The notes beneath the pieces were generated by a model, which saw only the letters and a program-made list of their open reading frames with translations, was not told the origin of the DNA and searched no databases. The position numbers were made by a program, and so were the translations under genes. This document shows positions 9,325 through 16,972 of a stretch of DNA of 32,000 nt, in pieces (positions within the stretch are counted from its first letter, which is position 1; the number at the start of each line of letters is the position of its first letter). The DNA comes from Promethearchaeota archaeon (GTDB lineage Archaea > Asgardarchaeota > Lokiarchaeia > Sigyniarchaeales > SOKP01), in contig JAUWGH010000002.1 of NCBI GenBank assembly GCA_030606485.1, forward strand, positions 240,001-272,000, given 5' to 3'.

Positions 9325-11331
9325 ATGTCTAAAACTATAAATAATGATGAAGAAGTAAAAATCGGAATATATATATGCGACTGCGGTATTAATATTGCTG
9401 GAGTTATTGATACAACTACACTTACTGAATACGCAAAGACTTTACCAAATGTTAGTCTTGCAAAAGAATATACTTTTATGTGTAGTAGTATAGGGCAGGA
9501 AATGATTAAAGAAGATATTAATGAAGGTTTAATAAATCGCGTGGTTGTTGCGGCATGTAGCCCACGAATGCATGAGCCTACATTTAGAACAGTGGTTAGA
9601 GAAGCGGGTTTGAATGAATTTTTATTTGAACAAGCAAATATTCGTGAGCATGCATCATGGGTAAATTTAGATGATTCTGAAGGAGCATTAAAGATTGCAA
9701 AAGACCATGTGAGAATGGCGGTTGCAAAATTAAATGAATTAAAACCATTAGAAGTTGAGCTTGTAAAAGTTGAGCCGACTTGTTTAATAATTGGTGCCGG
9801 AATTGCTGGGATGTATGCATCCTTAGATTTGGCACAAGAAGGATATGATGTTTATTTGGTAGAAAAAGAACCGACCATAGGAGGACATATGGCACAATTA
9901 GATAAGACCTTTCCAACAATGGATTGCTCGGCATGTATCTTAACGCCAAAAATGGTAGATGTTGAGAGAGAGGAAAAAATTCATCTTATGACATATTCCG
10001 AAGTTGATAATGTAGATGGATATGTAGGCAATTTTGATGTTACCATAAAGAAAAAACCTCATTATATTGATCAAGAAGCATGTACAGGATGCGGAGCATG
10101 CGCTATAGAGTGTCCAGTTATTTGCGGGAATGAATTTGAGTTGGGTATAGGAACTAGAAAAGCAGCTTATATTCCATTTCCACAAGCAATTCCTGGGAAA
10201 TATACGATTGATATGACTAAATGTATTAAATGTGGTATATGCGCAAGTCCCGATGTTTGTGAACCAGATGCTATAAGATTAGATCAGAAACCGGAATATA
10301 TAGACGTGAAAGTAGGAACAATTATTGCTGCTACAGGATGGGATTTATATGATCCAACAGAACTAAAGCAATATGGTTACGGAAAGTATCCAAACGTGAT
10401 AACTGGCTTTGAAATGGAAAGATTATTAAGTTCATATGGTCCTCTTGAAGGGAAACCTGTAAGACCTTCTGATTTAAAACCACCACATGTTTTAGGATTT
10501 CTACAATGTGTAGGTAGTAGGGATTTCCGTCCAGGAAAGAATAAATATTGTTCCCGTGTTTGTTGTATGTATGCAACGAAACAAGCTAGACAGTATAAAG
10601 AAAAACATCCGGAAGCGTCCGTTTATATCTTTTACACGGATATAAGAGCCTTTGGCAAGGGATATGAAGAATTTTATGAATCCGCAGGAGAAAATTTTAA
10701 TATTAAATTTATTCGCGGAAGAATTGGAGAACTGTATGAAAATAAAGATCACAGCCTTATTGTTCGGGCTGAAGATACTTTCCTTCAAAAACAAATTGAG
10801 ATAAAGTTAGATATGTTAGTGTTATCATGCGGTTTAGAGCCAAGGCATGATTCCGACCAGATTGCATCACTACTTACTATTCAAAAATCATCTGATGGGT
10901 TTTTCATGGAAGCTCATCCAAAACTTCGTCCGGTTGATACACTAACAAGTGGAATTTTCATTGCAGGTGTTGCCCAAGGGCCAAAGGATATCCCTGACAC
11001 TGTAGCTCAGGCAAAAGGAGCAGCATCCAGTGCTGCTACATTAATGGCAATGGGAGAATTTGCAATCGAACCGTATTATTCTATAGTTCTAGAGCAAAAA
11101 TGTAGCGGATGTAAATCATGCCAAAGTTTATGTCCGTTTAATGCAATAAGTTTTGATGTGATTAAAAATATTGCAGTAATCAATAAAGCACTTTGTAAAG
11201 GCTGCGGAACATGCGCTGCGGCTTGTCCATCAGATGCTATTGTCCAGAATCACTTTTCAGATGATCAAATTTTTGCCATGATCAATACAGCTATTCCACC
11301 ACTAGCAAAAACAGAAAATGGGGGTAAATAA
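9325..11331 (+). CDS. hdrA: Heterodisulfide reductase subunit A (FAD, electron-bifurcating)
   Basis: ICDCGINIAG, VAACSPRMHEPTFR, IGAGIAG, LDKTFPTMDCSAC, FEMER, CSRVCCMYATKQ, HPKLRPVDT, plus inserted and C-terminal ferredoxin domains. Confidence 0.97.
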   Translation: MSKTINNDEEVKIGIYICDCGINIAGVIDTTTLTEYAKTLPNVSLAKEYTFMCSSIGQEMIKEDINEGLINRVVVAACSPRMHEPTFRTVVREAGLNEFLFEQANIREHASWVNLDDSEGALKIAKDHVRMAVAKLNELKPLEVELVKVEPTCLIIGAGIAGMYASLDLAQEGYDVYLVEKEPTIGGHMAQLDKTFPTMDCSACILTPKMVDVEREEKIHLMTYSEVDNVDGYVGNFDVTIKKKPHYIDQEACTGCGACAIECPVICGNEFELGIGTRKAAYIPFPQAIPGKYTIDMTKCIKCGICASPDVCEPDAIRLDQKPEYIDVKVGTIIAATGWDLYDPTELKQYGYGKYPNVITGFEMERLLSSYGPLEGKPVRPSDLKPPHVLGFLQCVGSRDFRPGKNKYCSRVCCMYATKQARQYKEKHPEASVYIFYTDIRAFGKGYEEFYESAGENFNIKFIRGRIGELYENKDHSLIVRAEDTFLQKQIEIKLDMLVLSCGLEPRHDSDQIASLLTIQKSSDGFFMEAHPKLRPVDTLTSGIFIAGVAQGPKDIPDTVAQAKGAASSAATLMAMGEFAIEPYYSIVLEQKCSGCKSCQSLCPFNAISFDVIKNIAVINKALCKGCGTCAAACPSDAIVQNHFSDDQIFAMINTAIPPLAKTENGGK

Positions 11332-11332
11332 T

Positions 11333-11761
11333 ATGGCCGAAGTGAAGGAGGATTTTGACCCTTATATTTTAGGAATTTGCTGTAATTGGTGTACATATGC
11401 TGGTGCGGACCAAGCAGGTACGAGCCGTATGCAAAGACCTGCAAATCTAAGAATTCTAAGAGTTATGTGTGGGGGGCGGATGGAACCACTGATGGTAATT
11501 CAAGCATTAAAAAATGGTGCGGATGGTGTTCTTGTAAGTCATTGTCATGTCGGTGATTGTCATTATGTAGAGGGAAATCTTAAAACATTTCGAAAAATGC
11601 CATTATTTCTAAAAATGCTTGAACAATTTGGAGTTAATCCAAAAAGAGTAAAATACACACAAGTTTCTGCAAGCGAAGGTGCAGAATTAACAGAAATTGT
11701 AAAGGAATTTGTTAAAGAATTAAAAGAAATTGGACCAAATCCATTAAGAATGGAGGAATAG
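11333..11761 (+). CDS. mvhD: [2Fe-2S] hydrogenase/Hdr iron-sulfur subunit D
   Basis: CCNWCTYAGAD, RVMCGGR, GADGVLVSHCHVGDCHYVEGN, VSASEG; ATG 2 nt after the hdrA stop. Confidence 0.95.
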   Translation: MAEVKEDFDPYILGICCNWCTYAGADQAGTSRMQRPANLRILRVMCGGRMEPLMVIQALKNGADGVLVSHCHVGDCHYVEGNLKTFRKMPLFLKMLEQFGVNPKRVKYTQVSASEGAELTEIVKEFVKELKEIGPNPLRMEE

Positions 11762-11764
11762 ATA

Positions 11765-12022
11765 ATGAAAGTTTATAGAATTGAAGTAAATAAGGTTTTG
11801 TGCACAGGATGCAACGATTGCGTGGTTTCATGTCCTGTAAATTTCGATCAATTAAAAGAAAAAGGTTATTTAAATGATAAAAACGCAGTTATTTTAGTCA
11901 AAAATGGCTATGCAAATGAAGTATATGATGAGAATAGAACTATAAATTGTACCGGTTGTGGAATTTGTGTTGAAATTTGCCCGCAAAAGGCAATTAATAT
12001 AAAAATAGTTCAACTGTTATAA
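11765..12022 (+). CDS. fwdG: FwdG-like 2x[4Fe-4S] ferredoxin
   Basis: CTGCNDCVVSCPVN ... ILVKNG ... CTGCGICVEICP, FwdG-type spacing, directly upstream of fwdF/D/B/C. Confidence 0.7.
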   Translation: MKVYRIEVNKVLCTGCNDCVVSCPVNFDQLKEKGYLNDKNAVILVKNGYANEVYDENRTINCTGCGICVEICPQKAINIKIVQLL

Positions 12023-12085
12023 ATCAAATAATTTTAATTAAGGGAAATAAAAAGATTATTAATAATTAGAAGTTGAGAAATAAAG

Positions 12086-12790
12086 ATGTCATTTCCAAAA
12101 ATATCAAGGACAATAACAAAAGAAATAGAAAGTGTTCGAGTAAAATATTTGATTGAAAGTACTCAGCTTGATTTAGATAAAACAAAATGTGTAGGTTGCG
12201 GAGTATGTTCAAAAGTCTGTCCTATGGAAGCTGTATCAAGAGGACCAGTAGGTGCAACAATAAAGTTATCTACTGAAGATCTTGTTCCAAATATATATGA
12301 TCCGAATAAATGCAGTTTTTGTGGAGTCTGTGTCTATATGTGTCCATTTTTTGCACTCTCAATTTATTATAATGATGAGAAAGTAGAATCTATTGATTTA
12401 CCGTTAGTTCAAAAGAAAGCATTACCTAAGCTGGAATTTGAATTGAAAGATTGTGAAAAAATTGGCAGACAAGCAAAGCAATACGTTGAAGGTAAAATAA
12501 GTTTTGTGCGTGAAGAATGTGCAGGTGGTTGTTCTACATGTGTGGATGTTTGTCCAACAGGAGCATTTTCTCTTCCCGAAAAGCAAAAAGAAACACCTGG
12601 TTGGGAAAAATCACTTAAAATTGAACTTGACGATGAAAAATGTATATATTGTGGGACTTGTGATAATGCATGTCCAACGGGCGCAATAAAGCTTGAAATT
12701 ACCGAAGTAAAGTATTCTGGTGATTTTAATGAGCCATTTTGGCCGGAAATGGTTGAGAGATTGAAAATGATGAGAAGGGGTGGAAAGTAA
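12086..12790 (+). CDS. fwdF: FwdF-like polyferredoxin, short form with four [4Fe-4S] motifs
   Basis: CVGCGVCSKVCP...RGPVG, CSFCGVCVYMCP, CAGGCSTCVDVCP, CIYCGTCDNACP; directly precedes fwdD. Confidence 0.75.
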   Translation: MSFPKISRTITKEIESVRVKYLIESTQLDLDKTKCVGCGVCSKVCPMEAVSRGPVGATIKLSTEDLVPNIYDPNKCSFCGVCVYMCPFFALSIYYNDEKVESIDLPLVQKKALPKLEFELKDCEKIGRQAKQYVEGKISFVREECAGGCSTCVDVCPTGAFSLPEKQKETPGWEKSLKIELDDEKCIYCGTCDNACPTGAIKLEITEVKYSGDFNEPFWPEMVERLKMMRRGGK

Positions 12791-12794
12791 TAGA

Positions 12795-13175
12795 ATGAAG
12801 TTTTTTCTAACCACCGGTCGTTCTATAGACCAAGGCGTTGCCCTTGAAGGTCAAAAGCTAGGAAGGGAAAATGTAAAAGCTTGTGCAATCTGTGAATTTG
12901 ATAAAGACGATTTTGCAAAATTAGACTGTATGATTGGAACGCCTGTCAAGGTCACTACAAATTTTGGAGAAATAATTGTATATTCTCAAATTTCAGAACA
13001 AGGACCCCATCCTAGCATTATCTTTATTCCAATGGGTCCTTGGGCAAATGCTGTTGTTGATTCCGAAACATATGGCACCGGTATGCCCTCATACAAGGGA
13101 ACGGAAGCAGAGGTTGAAGTAGTAAAGAGTGGAAGGATTCTTACAGCATTAGAAATAATTAAAAGTTATAAATAG
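12795..13175 (+). CDS. fwdD: Formylmethanofuran dehydrogenase subunit D
   Basis: LTTGRSIDQG, IFIPMGPWAN, TGMPSYKG. ATG 12795 preferred over 12780. Confidence 0.93.
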   Translation: MKFFLTTGRSIDQGVALEGQKLGRENVKACAICEFDKDDFAKLDCMIGTPVKVTTNFGEIIVYSQISEQGPHPSIIFIPMGPWANAVVDSETYGTGMPSYKGTEAEVEVVKSGRILTALEIIKSYK

Positions 13176-13190
13176 AAAGAGGCAAAGTAA

Positions 13191-14507
13191 ATGAAAAAAA
13201 TTAAAAATTTTGAAGATGTAGTTTGTCCTTTCTGTGGGACGCTTTGTGATGATTTAAAAATTATTTTAGAAGATAATAAGATTATTGAAGTAGATAATGC
13301 TTGTGCTATAGGAACTGCAAAATTTTTCTCATCGAATGTGTCAGAGCACAGATATACAAAACCTATGATGAGAAATAATGGCAAATTAGAGGAGGTTACT
13401 TGGGATGAAGCATTAAATAAAGCCGCTGAGCTATTAGCAAATGCAAAGAGACCATTATCATATGGATGGAGTTCAACCGAATGTGATGCGCAGCGAAAGG
13501 CTGTTGAATTAATGGAAATTTGTGGTGGAGTTCTTGATAATACCGCATCTGTTTGTCACGGACCTTCACTTCTCGCTATTCAAGATGTTGGTTGCCCAAC
13601 AAGTACTTTGGGTGAATATAAAAATCGGGCAGATTTAGTTTTATTTTGGGGCTCCAATCCGGTTCATGCTCATCCAAGGCATATGAGTCGATATAGTGAC
13701 TTTATTCGCGGTTATTTCAGAGTAGATGGTCATCTTGACCGAACAATAATTGTTGTAGATCCTAGAACAACTCATACCGCCCAAATGGCAGATATGCACA
13801 TTAGATTAAATCCTGGCGAAGATTATGAATTGTTTAATGCTATTAGAGCTTTGTGTCGTGGTGTAGAATTAGATGTTAAAGAAGTAGCAGGAGTTCCTAT
13901 CAAGCAAATTAAAGAGCTTGTTGAAATCCTTAAATCTTGTAAGTTCGGTGTATTATTTTTTGGTTTAGGTTTGACTATGACTAAAGGGAAGCATAGAAAT
14001 GTAGATGCAGGAATAAGTCTTATCAGGGAATTGAATGAGCATACTAAATTTAATTTAACTCCAATGAGAGGTCATTATAATGTTTCAGGAGCAAATATTG
14101 TATTTACATGGTCAACTGGATACCCATATTCCATAGATTTTTCAAAAGATTATCCCCGCTATAATCCAGGCGAATTTTCAGCAGTAGATATATTAAAAAC
14201 AAATGATTTTGATGTTACCTTGATTGTGGCCTCAGACCCCGCTTCAAATTTTCCAAAAGATGCCGTAATCAATATGCTAAAAAAACCTTTAATATCTGTT
14301 GAGCCCCATAAAACGCCGACTTCTGAAATGGCTGATATAGTATTGCCCCCAGCAATTGCCGGGATTGAATGTGAAGGAACAGCATATCGTATGGATAAAG
14401 TGCCAATTAGAATGAGAAAAGTGAAAAATGCTCCCGAAGATTGTATGGCAGATTATGAAATTATTGAAAAATTAATTGAAAAAGTAAAGGAGTTAAAAGG
14501 TGAGTAG
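13191..14507 (+). CDS. fwdB: Formylmethanofuran dehydrogenase subunit B (W/Mo-bis-PGD), canonical Cys form
   Basis: VCPFCGTLCDD...C, ASVCHGPS (metal-ligand Cys, codon TGT), WGSNPVHAHPRH, PMRGHYNV, YNPGE, GTAYRMD. Confidence 0.96.
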   Translation: MKKIKNFEDVVCPFCGTLCDDLKIILEDNKIIEVDNACAIGTAKFFSSNVSEHRYTKPMMRNNGKLEEVTWDEALNKAAELLANAKRPLSYGWSSTECDAQRKAVELMEICGGVLDNTASVCHGPSLLAIQDVGCPTSTLGEYKNRADLVLFWGSNPVHAHPRHMSRYSDFIRGYFRVDGHLDRTIIVVDPRTTHTAQMADMHIRLNPGEDYELFNAIRALCRGVELDVKEVAGVPIKQIKELVEILKSCKFGVLFFGLGLTMTKGKHRNVDAGISLIRELNEHTKFNLTPMRGHYNVSGANIVFTWSTGYPYSIDFSKDYPRYNPGEFSAVDILKTNDFDVTLIVASDPASNFPKDAVINMLKKPLISVEPHKTPTSEMADIVLPPAIAGIECEGTAYRMDKVPIRMRKVKNAPEDCMADYEIIEKLIEKVKELKGE

Positions 14508-15324
14508 AAGAATGGGAAAGATTGAATTAACTTTAAAGAAAGAACCTACTTTTTCTCTTGAAGCAGAATCAATAAGCCCTGATAATTTTAAAGGCAAAAC
14601 ACAAAAAGACATAGCGAATCTAATAATATTTCATGGTAATGAAAAACTTACACTTAAAGATTTTTTTGATATTAAAGGCACGGCTGGTAATAATTTAGAT
14701 GAAATTGAAATTGTGATAAATGGAAATTTGTCAAAAGTAAAAAGAATCGGGGAAAAAATGTCCGGTGGGGCAATTACAATTAATGGAGATGTGGGAATGC
14801 ACGTAGGAAATACAATGAATGGAGGAAAAATTATAGTGAATGGTAATGCTGCGGATTGGGCAGGAGCAATGATGGAAGGAGGCGAATTAGAAATTACAGG
14901 GAATGCGGGGCATTATGTAGGTGCTGCATATAGAGGGAATTGGGAAGGTATGACAAATGGAGTGATAAAAGTTAAAGGAAGTGTTGGATATGAATCAATG
15001 ATTTGGGCTCGAGGTTCTACTCCAAAAAAAAGATTCCCAAAATTAATCTGTGGTTCTGCAGGTCAGTTTTTAGGCCTTCATAATCACGGAGGTATAATTA
15101 TTTGTGAAGGTAATGCGGAAGCTCGAGTTGCTGCCGATCAAGCGCGTGGATTTGTCGTAGTGAAAGGAAAAATCGGAAGGATGATGCCGTCCTTTAAAAA
15201 AATTGGAGAAGTTTCAGAAATCGAATTGCCAGACGGTGAAAAGATCTCAGGTAAGTTTGTTGAATATAGTGGAGATCATGCAACAAGTGCAAAAACTAAA
15301 GGAAGATTATTTGTAGCAAAGTAG
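14500..15324 (+). CDS. fwdC: Formylmethanofuran dehydrogenase subunit C
   Basis: LEAESISPD and GxGxxM..G beta-helix repeats (RIGEKMSGG, HVGNTMNGG, YVGAAYRG). Start is either GTG 14500 (overlapping fwdB) or ATG 14512. Confidence 0.93.
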   Translation: MSRRMGKIELTLKKEPTFSLEAESISPDNFKGKTQKDIANLIIFHGNEKLTLKDFFDIKGTAGNNLDEIEIVINGNLSKVKRIGEKMSGGAITINGDVGMHVGNTMNGGKIIVNGNAADWAGAMMEGGELEITGNAGHYVGAAYRGNWEGMTNGVIKVKGSVGYESMIWARGSTPKKRFPKLICGSAGQFLGLHNHGGIIICEGNAEARVAADQARGFVVVKGKIGRMMPSFKKIGEVSEIELPDGEKISGKFVEYSGDHATSAKTKGRLFVAK

Positions 15325-15360
15325 TTTTCTTTTTTATTCTCTTTTTATCATTTTTCCATT
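15325..15360 (+). terminator. Pyrimidine/T-rich terminator closing the hdr-fwd operon
   Basis: TTTTCTTTTTTATTCTCTTTTT directly after the fwdC stop. Confidence 0.5.
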
Positions 15361-15483
15361 AATTTAATACTTTATCGAGTTAAATTATAAGAGACTTTAC
15401 TTTCATTCTCTTTTATAATTTTGAAATTCATAATCAAAATATTTTTTAATAATTTTGTTTTAATGCTGAATTGAGGTTATCAA

Positions 15484-16590
15484 ATGAGTATTATAATTTT
15501 GGGTGGTTGTGGAGAGATTGGTAGATTTATTGCAGTTGATCTTATTAAAAGCGGATTTGATGTTGCAATAGCTGACTTAAGGGAGATAGAAGGAGAACGA
15601 CTTGCAAAGCGATTAGGGAAAAGAGCTTCCTTTCAGAGACTAGACATTCGGCATTTTGATACTTTGGTAGAGGTTCTTAAAAATTATAAACTAGTTATCA
15701 ATAATATTGGGCCATACTTTGAGTTTGGTGATTGGGTCCCTAGAGCCACTCTCCAAGCAGGGATAAACTACGCTGATATATGCGATGACCATGATGTGAC
15801 ATTAACACTTCTAAATATGAATAAACGTGTGGAAAGGGAAGGATTAACCTATCTCATAAATTTCGGTGCATCGCCTGGTTTAACGAATATAATGGCAAAA
15901 ATGGGTGCAGAGAAACTGGATAAAGTAAGTTCAGTGCGTGTTTTATGGTTTGAAGATACTGGGGAAACAATTGGTCTTGGACAAATGATGCACTGGGCTC
16001 ATATCGCTATGGGAAAAATTCCTATTTATAGAGATGGAGAATGGTTAAAAGTAAAAGCTTTATCAGAACGCGAAGTTGTTAAATTCCCAGATCCTTGCGG
16101 TTTAATTCCACTTTATTTTGTTGGACACCCCGAACCAGTAACCATCCCACGTTTTATCAAGACAAATGAGGCTGTATGTAAAGGTGGAATACTCCCTGAG
16201 TCGAATGTTCAATTAACACGAACCATGGATAAACTCATTCCTATTAAAAATATTATAATTATGAAGTTGGTCTGTAAATTCTTTCTAAAGATCTTACCTC
16301 TTCTAACTGGTGAGATTGAGAAAAGAGAAATAATTTCTGCTTTCAGTAGTGAAATAATAGGTCAAAAACAGCAGAAAGATATTAGATTATCTTATGCAAC
16401 TGTAGGGGCTGTGGCAAAATTAACCTCGGCACCCGCTTCTATAGCAAGCCAGATGATCGTTGAGAAAGAGATATCGACTCCCGGTGTATTTCCACCTGAA
16501 GGTTGTCCAAATCTAAATATCACAAAAATGATAAAAGAACTCGAAAAACGAGGAATCTATATTATAGAAAATGCTATACATCATTATTGA
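15484..16590 (+). CDS. Saccharopine dehydrogenase / carboxynorspermidine dehydrogenase-like NAD(P)-dependent oxidoreductase
   Basis: ILGGCGEIG Rossmann motif, NNIGPYFEFG, YADICDD, GASPGLTN, GHPEPVTIP, GVFPPE. Confidence 0.85.
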   Translation: MSIIILGGCGEIGRFIAVDLIKSGFDVAIADLREIEGERLAKRLGKRASFQRLDIRHFDTLVEVLKNYKLVINNIGPYFEFGDWVPRATLQAGINYADICDDHDVTLTLLNMNKRVEREGLTYLINFGASPGLTNIMAKMGAEKLDKVSSVRVLWFEDTGETIGLGQMMHWAHIAMGKIPIYRDGEWLKVKALSEREVVKFPDPCGLIPLYFVGHPEPVTIPRFIKTNEAVCKGGILPESNVQLTRTMDKLIPIKNIIIMKLVCKFFLKILPLLTGEIEKREIISAFSSEIIGQKQQKDIRLSYATVGAVAKLTSAPASIASQMIVEKEISTPGVFPPEGCPNLNITKMIKELEKRGIYIIENAIHHY

Positions 16591-16605
16591 TTTTTTTTGA
16601 TTAAG

Positions 16606-16950
16606 ATGAACCGAAAACTTACTGATAATGAAAAAAAAACACTTAATGAATTTTTAGAATTCTATTCAAAATGTCCGATTTGTAAAAATAAAATTCAAAA
16701 AAGTCATTTATTGGATTTTTATTTTAAAAAAGATCTCGATTCGATAAATCTTAAGAAAAAATTGTTAAATCTAATGAAGCAATCAAAAAATTTTGATGAA
16801 AAAATAATAGTTGGAATACCCTGCTGTATTTGTTTTAGCAAATTTTTTCCTAATAAAAAAATAGTGTATAATCTTGAAATAAATAAAGAATTGTATGCTT
16901 ATTTATCCCCCCAAGACGTAGAACAGATGTTATCTTTTCTTTTTGAGTGA
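16606..16950 (+). CDS. Hypothetical Cys-motif (probable Zn-binding) protein
   Basis: CPIC near the N-terminus and GIPCCIC near the C-terminus. ATG 16606 is in frame with the track's TTG at 16597. Confidence 0.6.
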   Translation: MNRKLTDNEKKTLNEFLEFYSKCPICKNKIQKSHLLDFYFKKDLDSINLKKKLLNLMKQSKNFDEKIIVGIPCCICFSKFFPNKKIVYNLEINKELYAYLSPQDVEQMLSFLFE

Positions 16951-16972
16951 GTTTATCAAAAATTAAACAGTT

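Noticed and set aside
9325-14507. Selenocysteine (in-frame TGA) versions of HdrA, MvhD or FwdB, with SECIS elements
   Set aside because: The positions that are Sec in some archaea are Cys codons here (HdrA DCS TGC at 9925-9927; FwdB CHG TGT at 13554-13556; MvhD Cys motifs uninterrupted; FwdB' TGT at 19996-19994). All ORFs are full length without readthrough.
12795-15324. Assigning tungsten (fwd) versus molybdenum (fmd) specificity
   Set aside because: This cannot be decided from motifs by eye; the fwd symbols are used generically.
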